NCBI RefSeq assembly: GCF_009914755.1 | Contig: NC_060932.1 | DNA: 64,000 nucleotides | Origin: the human T2T-CHM13v2.0 reference genome, Homo sapiens | Reading direction: 5' to 3' (one strand) | Shown: positions 1 through 15,151 of the stretch, piece after piece | Position numbering within the stretch: the stretch's first letter is position 1 | How the letters are laid out: each line of letters starts with the position of its first letter | Translations under genes and position numbers: made by a program | The notes under the pieces: model-generated | Seen by the model: the letters and a program-made list of their open reading frames with translations, nothing else | Databases searched by the model: none | What the model was told of the DNA's origin: nothing

Positions 1-2
1 AG

Positions 3-1025
<1,023 letters not shown>

Positions 1026-1599
1026 TTTATTCTTACAGAGATTTTGAGGTCTAAGAATGTGGACTTTAAAGATTTCATTATCAGATTATGCATTTAGCAC
1101 GGAATGACAATCTGACAGCCGTGTACAGCGTAAACCGGCGGAGAGGGCTTGGCACTAAAGGCAAACTGTCTTTTAAGAACAGGAAAAAGAAAGGTAATAT
1201 ATATTTTAAGGAGGTCCCATTTTAGGGGAGATAATAAGCTTGGGTTAGGCGTCCGAAGTCAGAAGATATAGTAAGAAACACACACGCAAACTCCAGCAGC
1301 CACCAGCTAGACTTGAGTAGAGAGAGCAGGTCCAAGTGGAGGTGGAAGTTGGAAAGTTGCATCTGCCAGGCAGGGCGAAAGTGGCCTACACCCACTCCTG
1401 GAGCACCCTGCTTGACGAGCAAGGTAGACGAGGCTGAGGGATACTGCTGGTGATGACGGTGGTTGTGGTGATGGTGCTGGTAGCTAACAGATCTTGAGCG
1501 TACCAGGCCCTGAGCTGAGTCCTCTAACGGGCAGAATGTCGCTGCATACGGACAGCAGCCTCAAGAGGACAAGGTGATTTAGTGACTCTAGCCTCTTCC

Positions 1600-2460
1600 C
1601 GCGGTGCCAGCCTGATTTCACCCTCTCCGGAACACACATGCGAACCTCCGGGGAGGGAGCCAGTATCGGGTCCTAACGCAGGGAAGCGCTCCGCTTTCTG
1701 AGAGGGACGCGCCAGCGGAGGGACAGCCAGGGCCCGGCCTCTCCTGCTCCTGCCCCGCCCCGCCCCCGGCAGTGCCCCCTAGTCCGCCAGAGGGCGACTC
1801 CGCGGGTCGCCCAACCCGCGACCGGTCCACGCGGCACCCGCCTCTCCCTAGGCCCCCGCCCTGCCGGCCCGCGCGCGCCCGACGGGAGCGTGCGGGGCGG
1901 TGGGCGCAGGGTCACGTTGGGCGGCGCAGACAAAGGCGGGCGCGCGCACGTCCTGACGCAGCTTGGGCCCGCGGCGGCGGCAAGGGCGGGAGGGAGCGGT
2001 CGCCGCGGGATTTGGAGCTGCCTAGCCTCGCGGGCGGTGAGTAGGAGGGAGCTGGCCCCTTACCTCAAAGTCTCCGACCTCCGGGGAGCCGAGAGCGGGA
2101 CGTGGGAGCCGGGCTTGGGCGGCCGCGCGGGGCCTGCGGTCTGGGACGCCCCGGCGACGCTGCGCCGGCGTCAGGAGGCACCATCGCCGCGCCCCGGGGA
2201 TCCCCGGCGGGTGGAGCGGGTGCCCCCCGTCCGGGATGGAACGGTCCGCGCCCGCCCCGAACCCCGGCCGCCCGCCTCTCCGCTCGCCTGCTCTCCGAGC
2301 CCGGCTCCTCGGAGCCCCTCGCCTCCCCCAAGTCCCAGGTGTGCGCAGCCCTCCCGCCCCGGGAGTCCGGGGATGTGGGTGGCGAGGGCTGCTGGGCGTT
2401 GGAGCACCAGGAAGCGCCTTCCCCTGTCATTCCCCTTCCTGTGTTCTCTGGCTGCCGTAA
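1600..2460. promoter_or_regulatory. CpG-island, TATA-less promoter of GPAT4
   Basis: Very high GC and CpG density. GC boxes (ccccgccccgcccc ~1753, ggggcgg ~1894), CRE-like TGACGCA 1954-1960, GTCACGT 1911, and GCGCGCGC runs. Confidence 0.9.
1958..2036 (+). other. GPAT4: GPAT4 non-coding exon 1 (start approximate)
   Basis: Consensus donor GCG|GTGAGT at 2037-2042 inside the CpG island. Confidence 0.8.
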
Positions 2461-3300
2461 GATGCATGTCTTTACCCTCTCCTTCTCCAAATGCATGCTC
2501 CCATTTTTCTTTAGGATTTCTTAACTCCTGAAATCCCTTGCCTTTCCTTTTTTATTTCAGCACCCTCTGAGGCATCCTTCTCCCAGTGGGGCTTGTTTAT
2601 TTCCTCGCTTTCCATGTCACAGAGGGCTGAAGTTTAGCTGTTCAGAAGTTGCAGAAAATAGCTTATAGGAGACATACGGTGTAGCACGATGGAAATAAGT
2701 TCCATCCTCTGCCAAGTATTACCATGGATCTTCTCATTGATAACCTTGAGGTCATTTGAGGAATTTTGTTTTTGGTTCATTTTCCTTAATTTTGGCTGAA
2801 CTTTGAGGAGCTCTCCTTAGTTTCATGTCTTGTAGATTCTATCTCAATCCAAGGGAAATGGTGTGAAGAGCAGTTATACCATACCAAAGTCTCCAGACAA
2901 AATCCTGTAATAATGCCAATCAAATATACTTCTCTCTTTGAAAGAGATGTGCTTTTCTTTTCTTTTTTAACTTTGTATTTTGGAGAATTTCAGACACAGG
3001 GAAATAGATGGAATAGGGAACCAGCATGTACTTGTTCTGGCCTCCTCAGCCACTTAACTGTGGCTATTCCTGTGCCATACACACCCCACCCATTTCCCCT
3101 CCCGTATGTCTCAGGGAGAACTTGATGCAAGATGAGTCTGTCAAAAGTAGCTTCAGTTCCATAATGAAAACCACCATACCAAGTCATAAGGTGCTTTTTG
3201 TTTTGGAACACAGCCTACTCATGAGGTCTTCAGCTAAGAAACACAGTAGAGTTGAAGAAAGAGCACAGCAAAAGGTATCTTAACATGATAGAACAGGTTA

Positions 3301-3657
<357 letters not shown>

Positions 3658-5180
3658 TCAATGTTTTCATTTTTTTCTGAGCCCTTGGAGGTCCAGAGAA
3701 GTTCAGTGACTTGTCCAGAGCTGCAGGTCTTAAGAGGCTGAAATCTCGCCTCTGCCTCCAGGCTGCGGTTCCACTGACCCATACTACTTGCCTTCAGGAA
3801 AGAGAAATGGTGTAGGAAGGCTGTGGATGAAGACGCTTACATTCATGAAGGATTTGGATAGGCGAACATGAGCTTTTCCACCAAATTTCAGAATTTTAAG
3901 AAATGCCTTAAATTATTTCTTAAAAATCAATTTGGGGCAGACGAGAAGTTCTGATAATAGTTTTTAAGGAACATGATAAAATTCTGACCTTAGAAGTGGT
4001 ATACCAGTTTGAGAAGAAGAACAAGCTATAAACGGTGTAGATAACATTCACGGCTATTTAAGAAAGAGTTACTAAGGGAAACCAGAATGACTTAAGAGTG
4101 TTACTCTTCTTTTTCTGAGAGAACAATAGCATCATCTCAGAAAGCCTTTCATGCCATTAATAGGTAAGAATCTGGGCTTCTTGGACCATGGGTTAGACTT
4201 TCTTACAAAACCATAATATGCATTTCCTAGCAAAATTTATGCTATTACATTTCCTTATCTCAACAAAGACTGGTAAATTCAGTACTTATTCCTCAATTTT
4301 CCTACCCTTAAAATGGGGATATTCTGCCTCTCCAAGGAATGCTGGGAACAAGCAAGTCCTCATGTTAGGGGTCTTTGAGTTTTCATGGAAGTTTAGGTTA
4401 TTTATATGATGACATAGTTGTCAACTTACTTTCAGGATGGACTTTTCTTTTGTGAGTTTGTGACCTAAATACAATAGTTGTTATGCATGTCCAGTTTATG
4501 GAAGTACCACTGCAATAACAGCATTTGAGTGTCATGGTAAATCATTACCCCTAAAGATAGAGGAGGGAGGAGGAGGCAACTGTTGTGTGTCTATTTTGTG
4601 TTTGGTGTGAGGAGTGCTGTGGCTAGGCTCTTCAGAGGCTAGCCTAACTTGCTAAGTGGTTTCTGCTAAAGAAAAACCCACTTTTCTTGTGTGTGCTTGT
4701 CACCACAAGTTAGCTTTTATTAAAAACAAAACAAAACTCTCTAAGCTATCTGGAGATGATTTGGCCCTGGTTAAACATGAACTGTACTGCAGAATTGTTT
4801 GTTTGGGTAAAGTAGAACCTCATTATGACGTGTCTTTTACTTCCTACTGTGTCATTGTGCTCCTGGGGAGAACTTGACGGAATATCATCCGTTCCATGTA
4901 TCACTAAACCATGTAATAGCGTACACTATGATTAAGGCTTTTTAAGAGAATAGAATTTTAGAGTTAGAAGGAGTCTTCCAAGTGCTTAGAGTTTCCCCTG
5001 AGTCCTTTAATGTACTTTTTCACCTTTAAAACACATGCAGACACGTACACATGCCACACAAACACAGAGTCTCATCTAGGGCTCTCTTCATTTTGCCTTG
5101 TACAATCTTAGTATGTTTGGATCCCACCTCCAGTTAATTTGTAAACCGAAGATCTGCAATAATAGAAAAATGCTTTGTAA

Positions 5181-6047
<867 letters not shown>

Positions 6048-6185
6048 GAAGCTGAATGATGTATTCAGGGACACATAGACTAGACAGTAAGAGTTGCACC
6101 TAGAACCTAAAGGCAGTCCTGGTTCCAGATCTAAGCCCTTTCTGCTGTACCATTTTCTTCACCTTGGAGAAATAGGGTGGGAAAG

Positions 6186-6187
<2 letters not shown>

Positions 6188-6226
<39 letters not shown>
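6188..6226. repeat. (CA)n microsatellite, ~19 units
   Basis: Direct reading. Confidence 0.97.
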
Positions 6227-6228
<2 letters not shown>

Positions 6229-6289
6229 TTCTTTCTTTCTTTGCCAGTTGAAGATACATTATTTTGAGTCTCCTTTAAAAATTTTTGAT

Positions 6290-6422
6290 CAGTGCTGTCC
6301 CATAGAAATATTATATATGCTATATACACAATTTTAAATTTTATAATAATGCTTTTTTAAAAAGCACAAAGAAATAGATAAGGTTGATTTAATCATTCCA
6401 CAAGGGGAGGGAGAGAGAGAGA

Positions 6423-6453
<31 letters not shown>

Positions 6454-7445
6454 TATCTCAAAACATCACATTGTGCTCCATACATATGTAAAATTATGTA
6501 TCAATTTTTAAGAAATTGACAAACAGTAATTTTACGTATTTATAGTGTACAGTAATATTTGCCCACATGGATAGAATGTGTAATGATAAAATCAGAGTAT
6601 TTAGGATATCCAGCACCTGAAACATACATCATTTCTTTGTGTTGGGAACATTTCAAATCTACTTAACATTTCAAATTAAAATATACAAGAAATTGGCCTG
6701 ATGTGGTGGCTCATGCCTGTAACCCTAGCACTTTGGGAGGCCAAAGTGGGTAGATCACTTGAGGTCAGGAGTTTGAAATCAGCCTGGCCAACATGATGAA
6801 ACCCCTTCTCCACTAAAAATACAAAAAAAACTAGCCGGCTGTGGTGGCCTGTGCCTGTAATCCCAGGTATGAGGGAGGCTGAGGCACGAGAATTGCTTGA
6901 ACCTGGAGGCAAAGGATGCAGTGAGCAGAGATCGCACCACTGCACTCCAGCCTGGGCCACAAAATGAGACTGTCTCAAAAAAAAAATAATATATATATAT
7001 GTACAAGAAATTGGTAACTATAGTCATCCTACTTTGCTATTGAATACTGGAACTCATTCGTTCCATTTAAGTTTTTTTTTTCTATCCATTAACCAAGCTC
7101 TCAACGTCCACCCTTCCCAGCTGCTGGTATCTATTATATTCTACTGTCTATGAGATCATTTTTAGCTCCTATATATTGACTTTGATTTGAAAGTCAATTT
7201 AAATTTTTTAAAAAAAATTGTATAAAGTAGAAACAGGTGAAAATAATTTTAACAATATATTTTATTTAACCTAGTTTATCCAGAATATTACTTTGAAACA
7301 TAATCAATATAAAAATTATTAATGGGATATTTTACATGCATTTTTTTCATGCTAAGTCATTGAACTCCAGTGTGCATTTTACATTCACAACACATTTTAA
7401 GTGCTCCAAGGTCACACGTGGTTAGTGGCTGCTCTGTTGGACTGC
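6290..7445. mobile_element. Nested cluster: MER33-like hAT element split by L1MA 3' ends, (GA)n(GT)n and a + strand Alu (6695-6990)
   Basis: cagtgctgtcccatagaaat start and gtggttagtggctgctctgttggac end; Alu TSD tacaagaaattgg. Confidence 0.6.
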
Positions 7446-7611
7446 AGAGAATCACTGTCAGTGGAACATAAAGATGAAGGAATGTTTTATTTTGCTTAGT
7501 AATGTTCAGGTCTGAGGTTAGAGTTTGTGGTTGTGGTCATTGGTTTTTTCTTTCATGTTTTAGTGATTTTCTTTGCACAATTAGAAGTATTTTGAATTTG
7601 CAGAGAGATGA

Positions 7612-7950
<339 letters not shown>

Positions 7951-7959
7951 AGTGATGTG

Positions 7960-8330
7960 TGTAAATTTAAAAGACTGTATTGGTGAAGATGTGGAACAAG
8001 TGAGACTTCCCTACGCTGCTAGTGGGAATACAAAATGGTACAACCCATTTTGGAATTTGTCATTCCACTCCTAGGTATTTACCCAAGAGAAATGAAGTAT
8101 ATGTCCATACAAAGACTTGTAGATAGCAGTTTTATTTGTAATAGCCTCAAACTGGAACAACCTTAGTGTCCATCAGTAGGGGAATGGATGAAGAAACGGG
8201 TATATCCATATACTGGAATACAGCTCAGCAATCAAGAGGAATAAACTGTTGACACATGCAGCAACATGGATGGTTCTCAGTATAATTATGCTGAGTGAAG
8301 TAAATTGGATAAAAAGATTTTTTGAACAAG
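7960..8330 (+). mobile_element. Old L1M fragment
   Basis: ccactcctaggtatttacccaagagaaatgaa and related L1 3' motifs. Confidence 0.7.
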
Positions 8331-9709
8331 AAAAAGGCCAGGAAGTTGCTTCTAATTACATATGCAGTACTCAGATTTCAAGAACTGGTATTGAAATTGA
8401 GCCATCAGAGCAGTGTTCAGGTCGAATAATGAATTGTCTTGGGTCTTAAAGCTCCAGCAAATCAAATTGTCATCATCAAAATAGCCTCTTTTTTTTGGTT
8501 TTGTTTTCTGTTTTTTGTTTTGCCAGCTTCAAGAGATGGTTCCGTTGCTTTGGGGTGAACTTGGTACCAGTGCCGTGTTACTTATCCAGTTCTAACTCAA
8601 GAAAGTTCTGGAGGGCATAATGATCTTAGATAAGACCAAGGCCCCGAACCTGACCATGTTCTGTCTTCTCTGTGAGTTGAATCATCCTTTGGCCAGTTGG
8701 ATCCTGGCTTTGTCTTGGGTAATTTATTTTATCCAGGATTGATGCCAGCTATGTGTGTTCTGGGTTTTTAGCACTTCAGGTTCATGTCAACTGAGTCGCT
8801 CTGAGAGCTGCCCTGTTTGGAAACATGCAGTTTCCCCACTAAGCAACAGCTTCCTATTCAAGCAAATTTCTTACACTCTACCAGTCCCGATACACTCGAC
8901 GTTAAATTCAGCGTAGCACACATTTCCTCATGCCTGTGTGTGCGTGTTTGTTTACATTACAGTTGGGGCATTTGGTGGGCCTATGTATGTTCTGACAGTA
9001 AACTAGGAGAAATGGATGCTTTTTTCTGAATTGTAATCCACCCTAAAGCAAGTGAGGAGTCAGCCTGGGAAGCAAGAAGTGCACTCGACTGGACATCAGA
9101 TGGGCGTGTTAGTCCTGCCTCTGTTACCAGCCATTCCGTAACTTGTCCCCATCATCAAACCCTTCCGAGGCTCGGTTATTTGAGCCATAAAATGAAGACA
9201 TTGGGCTAGAGTTCTGAAAGATTAACTACTAAAGTTGTGGTTTGTCATCATTTTATTATTATTGCCTCCAGCTTTATGGTGATGATTAGTAGTAGAAGCT
9301 TCTATTTATAGAGGATTTTGTGCCAAGCACTACACTGATAGCTTGATAGGCATCATGTTCAGTCTTGACAACAATACCACAGGATATGTATTATTCCCAA
9401 TTTACAGATGAGAAAACTGAAGCATGGAAGGTGACTTTTTTGAGGTCAGACAGCCAGAAGGTAGGGGAGGCTGGTTTTGAATGTAGCTTGTCTGATTCCC
9501 TGTATGTTTGGCCATCATGCTTTACTGCTTCCCTGACATTCTGCAATTTTAAATAAAGACGTAAGGACAAAAAACTTGTTTCAGGAAGGATTTTTAAAAG
9601 ACATCCAGTCTAATCACCATAATGTATCTGCCACTCTGCAGAATGCAGTTGTAGGTGAAGGTCTCCCTATACAGCCTATTCTTTTTGAACAACTTAATCT
9701 TAGATTCTT

Positions 9710-10275
9710 TTAAAAATAGCTTTATTGAGATACAATTCACCTAATGAAAGTATGTTCACAGATGTGTATAGTCATCAACAGAGTCAGTTTTAGAACATTT
9801 TTGTCACCTCAGAAAGAAACGTTTTAGCTATCACTCTTGTATCTCCCCACTCTCGCCAGCTCTAAAGTAACCAACAATCTACTTTCTGTCTGTGTAGATT
9901 TGCCTATTTTGTATAAGTGGAATCAATATGTGGTCTTTTCAATGGGTTTCATTCACTTAGTATGATGTTTTGAAGATTCATCCATGTTATAGCGTGTATC
10001 ATTTCTTCATTTTTATGGCCAAAGGTTCCATTGTATGGATACACCACATTTTGTTTATCCAGTCATCAGTTGATGGACATTTTGGTTGTTTCCGTCTTTT
10101 GGCTGTTCTGAATAATGCCATTGTAAGCATTCATGTGCAATTTTTTTGGTGTAGACAGTTTGTCTTTCTCTTGGGTATGTACTTAGGAGTAGAATTGCGA
10201 GGTACATGGTAACTTTGTTTAACCATTCTCCGAGCTGCACTGTCTTACATTCCCACCAGCAAAGTGTGAGGGTTG
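9710..10275 (-). mobile_element. Old L1M 3' fragment
   Basis: tttattgagatacaattcac...gatggacattttggttgtttcc...cattcccaccagcaa. Confidence 0.75.
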
Positions 10276-10599
10276 GATTCTTAGTATTGAGCTAGAATTT
10301 GCACCCCATACCTGCCAACCATAGCACCAGTTCCCTTGCTTCATGTGTCCCAAGCAAATCCGCTTTTTCTAGGTGACAGCCAGCCCGGTCTGACCTGAGT
10401 GCTCTCCAGTACTGAAGGGCTTCCACCAGCTTTCATGCCCTGGGATGTCGTTCTAGAGCCTCACCACCTCTCTTATGAATGTGATCCCCCTCCTTTTTTT
10501 AGAGAACTAGATGCCTTTTACGTATGGATAATTTGTGCTCAGAGATGGTTGTCTTCTCAGTTTCAGTTGTCCTTTCTCAGTTAACTGGTAAGAACCCTT

Positions 10600-10745
10600 A
10601 ACCCAGTAGTCTCAACTGGCTACACATCAGAATCGCTCGAGTGTCTTAAGAACAAATCCAGATTGTACCTGCAGAGATTCTAATTTATTTCATCTGGGCT
10701 GAGGCCCAGAGATGCAAATAAGCATCCTGGGTGGAGAACCAGTGC
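10600..10745. mobile_element. MER5A-like hAT fossil
   Basis: cagtagtctcaactggctacacatcagaatc...gagaaccagtg. Confidence 0.55.
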
Positions 10746-11279
10746 AGCCTTTAGTGGCCAGGGGATGGTTCTGGCTGGGTCTCTGAGGGCCCACGTGGCT
10801 CATGCCCCTGCCATCTGTGCATGGATACCAACTGTCCTGATTCAGAATTACTGTGAGAGTCTCAGTTTTTACTAATGCATTTACACAGAGTGCCATTTTG
10901 AAGCCTTAAGCATTTATGTTCCTGTTTTCTGGAGAGTCTCATTTGCCCCCAGTATGCTCTGCAGACACTGGCTGTGGCCATGTTTGCCTCCCTGTCAGGC
11001 CATGTGAACTTTCTGAATGAGAAAGCATGCTCCAGCCATTTCAGAGGCATATAAACACCTTTAGGCAAAAGTGGTAGTTGAAAACCTCATTAGTATAATG
11101 TCATTACTTCTTGGGAAATACGTTCAAATTCCCCTTCTCCTTCCTAGTGACAGGGGCTTAGATGAATAGTATTCCATTATATCCTCTATTGGGAGACGTT
11201 GATGTTTGTTTTGATATTACAGACAATGCCGCAGTCAGTATCCCAGCACATATTATCACTTTGCTCATGCTTTAAAATA

Positions 11280-11510
11280 CAGGGTTTATACACTTCTGCA
11301 CTACTGACATTTGGGGCTGGACAGTTCCTCATTGTGTGGGAGCTGTCCTGTGCATTGTAAGATGTGCAGCATCATCTCTGCCCTGCGCACTGCACTAGAT
11401 GCCAGTAGTAGCACTCCCATCCCAAGTCGTGACAGCCAAAAATCCCTGTAGATATTGCCAGATGCTCCCCAAGGGGGTAAAAAAATCACCCTTGGTTGGG
11501 AACCACTGGT
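11280..11510. mobile_element. MER20 hAT fossil within an old L1 fragment
   Basis: cactactgacatttggggctgga...ctgtcctgtgcattgtaagatg...gggaaccactg. Confidence 0.8.
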
Positions 11511-12196
11511 CCGATTTATCCTTAGGATACATTTCTAGAAGTGGAATTGCTGGATCTAAGGTTACATACATTTAAAATTTTGATGACAGTCGCTAAATTG
11601 TTCTTTGTAGAGGTTGAACCCTTTTTACACTCCAACCAGCAGTATTTGAGGATGTTTTTCCATTCTCACCAGTGCAGTGGTTTATCAGAATTTCTTTGCC
11701 ATCTCACTGTAGTTTCAATTCGAATTTCTCCATTTTACGACTAACCTTTTTATTGAACACTTCCTGCTTGCTAGGCAAGTTGTGTTTTTTGGCCTGTGGA
11801 TTTTGTGTCATACGTTATAATGCTTTCCTTTCTAAGCCTTTTTGAAGTTTGGTACCTAGGACTGAAGACTGAGTTTCTTCTGATTCTAATGAAATGATAA
11901 TATATACCATTCATTGAGATCTAACATGTGACAGGCATTGTGCTTGGTGTGCTCTAAAAATACGTGCATTCTTTTGTGATCTAAGCATGTATTAATAAAG
12001 TGGCCTTTCTTTTACCTTTTGAGTTGGCACAGGGCCTCTGTCTGCACATATTCTAGCAGTTATGGTCCCTGAGTTGGGATGTGTCACAGAGAGCCGACTG
12101 AAAAGTATTTGATTCTGCATTTAGGAGTGATAATAGTCCCAGTCCAATACCTTGTGATTGGGAGAGAATTGGTATAGATGCCTTGATTTAAATTAA

Positions 12197-12320
12197 GTTC
12201 TGTTCTGTTCTGTTCTGTTCTTTTTTCTTTTCCTTTTCCTTTTCCCTTTCCTTTTCTCTCTTCTCTCTTTTCTCTTCTTTTCTTTTCCTTTTCCTTTCCT
12301 TCTGTTTTGTTTTCTTTTCC
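12197..12320. repeat. (TTCTG)n plus polypyrimidine tract
   Basis: Direct reading. Confidence 0.9.
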
Positions 12321-13186
12321 AAGAGTGTATTTTCCTTGTCAACAGTCATCATAGTTTGAAATTACAACTTTTTGTGTGCTTGTTTCCGGATGGGCATATC
12401 TTTTCACCGCTGAACAACAGCTAACACCTGATGTACTGTCTGGCACACACTGTGTGCCCAGTGAGTATTTGTTGAATGAATGAACTAGTCACTCCAAGAA
12501 CTGAGGCCATTAGGGAGCCTAAAGGCCCAGATTTGCCATTCCATGGGTTGAAGAGTTAGGTTAGCTTAGTGATGGGCTCTGTTGCCTTCCTGGAATGGAG
12601 GCAGCTTCCTTCCTAAAAGACTCAGAACTAGCTGATTCTCTGGAATGTTTGGCCTGTGGGGGAACATTGGCCCTGATGATTCTGGGTGAGTTTGGTTGGA
12701 ACCCATCTGTGGACGTTGAGGGAATAAGTGAATATTCCTCTGAATGAATGGCTTCCCCAGCTCACATTCTTAAGGGGTCATGCTTATATTTACTTGAGGC
12801 AAAGTGATAGCCTCTCGTAAAAGAACGGTTATCTAGAAATTGTGGTTTGATTGAGTTCTGATGTGAACAGTTTTGATATTTCCAGACATCAAAGTCTGTA
12901 TTAAGGGGACCTTAAGCCACCAGTTACCTCTGGCTTTAATGATTTTTCAGTTTCCAAACACTACCGATTTGATAAACTCAGTTGGCTTGCTCTTTCCTCT
13001 ACTTCTAAGAATTTGTGTGAGTGTTGTTTAGTGTTGGCCAAATAACTTGTTAGGCCAGTTTGGTGTTCTCTGTCCTGGAGGCTGGCATTCAGCAAAAGGA
13101 ACTCGGGGTGGGGTGTGGCGGGATGGGGTGGGATGGGATGGGACTGGGAGAGCCAGCAGGGGGCCTCTGAGCGGAGGAAAGACTAG

Positions 13187-13398
13187 CAAGGTCATGAGTG
13201 CAGACTCTTCCTATAAGGGGCAGATAGTGAGTATTTTAGGGTCTGTATCTGTAAGGGGCAGATAGTGAGTATTTTAGGGTTTTTCAAATCTTCTTTGTTT
13301 TTTGCATCTGTTTAAAAGAGTCTAAGAATGTAAAAACTCATGAGTCTTTGTGAAAAAGACTGTAGCCAGATGTGGGCTGTGACTGGCCAACCCCTGAA
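13187..13398. mobile_element. MER58-like hAT fossil with internal tandem duplication
   Basis: taaggggcagatagtgagtattttagg occurs twice; ends ccaacccctg. Confidence 0.55.
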
Positions 13399-13879
13399 CT
13401 AGGTGAAGAAATTGGTTTATTGCTGCAGGTGTTTACTGGTTTGGGGACATGAACCCAGAATAACCTTGGGAATTCTTAGCTATGATCCTTAGAGGAGTGA
13501 TCTACACTCTGGCATGGGGGTCAAAGTGACCCTGGTGTCAATCACCTTGGGTCTGTGGAACTCAGGGTAACCCTGGCCAGTAGGACAGAGGCCCTTGCTG
13601 CCTCTTTCCCATGGCAGTGCTGTCCACAGGGAGTGGAGAGACAGCAATGGTGGAGGAAAGGAGATGTTGCCCTGGACAGGCCTGAGAACTTCGGTAACTC
13701 AGGTGCCTGAACTACCTCTAGAACACGGTTAGAAAACTGGCATGTACGAGCGTTTATCAAAACACAAGAGCGTGTCTGTATCTTGGATTCTGAGACCACC
13801 ACCAAATTCTGATAATGGAGTCCAGATCTTGATGGTTTTCTCTAATCACAAGTTCTGTAGAGCAGGCTGGCTTGCTACT

Positions 13880-14137
13880 TCTTTTTTTTTTTTTTAAAGA
13901 GTCCCATTCTGCCACCCATGCTGGAGTCTTCCCAGGTTCAAGCAATTCTCCTGCCTCAGCCTCCTGAGTAGTTGAGATTACAGGCATGTGCCATGATGCT
14001 TGGCTAATTTTTGTATTTTTAGTAGAGATGGGGTTTCACCATGTTGGCCCGGCTGGTCTCAAACTCCTGACCTCAGGTGATCCACCTGCCTCAGCCTCCC
14101 AAAGTGGGATTACAGGCATGAGCCACTGTGCCCGGCC
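13880..14137 (-). mobile_element. AluS with internal deletion
   Basis: Alu consensus missing part of the right arm; TSD tgctacttc. Confidence 0.9.
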
Positions 14138-14169
14138 AGTGCTACTTCATTTTAAAGCATGTAGTTTGG

Positions 14170-14420
14170 GAGACAGGAAGAAGTAGGGGTTACAGAGCAG
14201 GGGCCTGGAGACGAATGCTCTTGTCCTGCTTCCAACTCTCTGCAGCCCTGGGTAACTTGAGTCCCTTAATCTTCCCAACCTCAGTGTCCTCACCTGTAGA
14301 TCAGGATGACAATGACTCCACCGTACAGCCATCGTGAGGATTACTTGAGGGTGGTATATGTGAAATGCTCCTTAGCGCAGTGCTGGGCATGTTGTAAGCA
14401 CTCAGTCAATGTTAGCAATC
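14170..14420. mobile_element. MIR
   Basis: cctcagtgtcctcacctgta...gtgaggatta...gcactcagtcaatgttagc core. Confidence 0.7.
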
Positions 14421-14692
14421 GCAGTGACAGTGTGAAAGTGGAAGGAAATGTAAGAAGTGGCCATCAGAACTAGGAACTAGGGTTCATGACCCAGCACCAC
14501 TGAATAGCATGTCCTTGTAGACTAGAGCATTTTGTCTTCAGAAATGTGTGAATGTCATGGAGCCGTACAGAGGAACTGGGTCTGCAGCTACCTCTCTCAG
14601 CTTCCTGATGTGTAAAATGCAAATCATACAGATTGATGGACTGGGGATAAACAAACGAGGTAACAAGGGAAGGGCCTTGAGTTCTATGAAAC

Positions 14693-15151
14693 TATAGCAG
14701 GACGAGCCATAGTCAAGAACCCCTCAGACACCAAGTTGTAGAAGGAAAGGGTTTTATTCAGCTGGGGGCGTTGGCGGACTCACATCTCCAAAAACCAAGC
14801 TCCCTGAGTGAGTAATTCCTGTCCCTTTTAAGGGCTTACAACTCTAAGGGGTTCCACGTGAGAGGGTTGTGATCGATTGGGCAAGCAGGGGGTACGTGAC
14901 TGGGGGCTGCATGCACCGGTAATCAGAATGGAATAGAACAGGACAGGGATTTTCACGATGCTTTTCCATATAATGTCTGAAATCTATAGATAACACAAGA
15001 GGTTAGATCAGAGGTTGGTTTTTAACTACCAGACCCAGGGTGTGGTGCTGGGCTGCCTGTGGATTCCATTTCTGCCTTTTAGATTTTATACTTCTTTCTT
15101 TAGAGGCAGAAATTGGGCATAAGACAGTATGAAGGGTGGTCTCCTCCCTTA
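14693..15151 (-). repeat. 3' LTR (LTR2 family)
   Basis: Direct repeat of 20515-20978; lies downstream of env on the - strand; AATAAA on the - strand at ~14753. Confidence 0.92.

Noticed and set aside
1618-2531. Overlapping R/P/G/A-rich ORFs up to 213 aa
   Set aside because: Stop-codon depletion in a CpG island; mostly non-ATG starts; they cross the exon 1 donor and have no recognisable domain.
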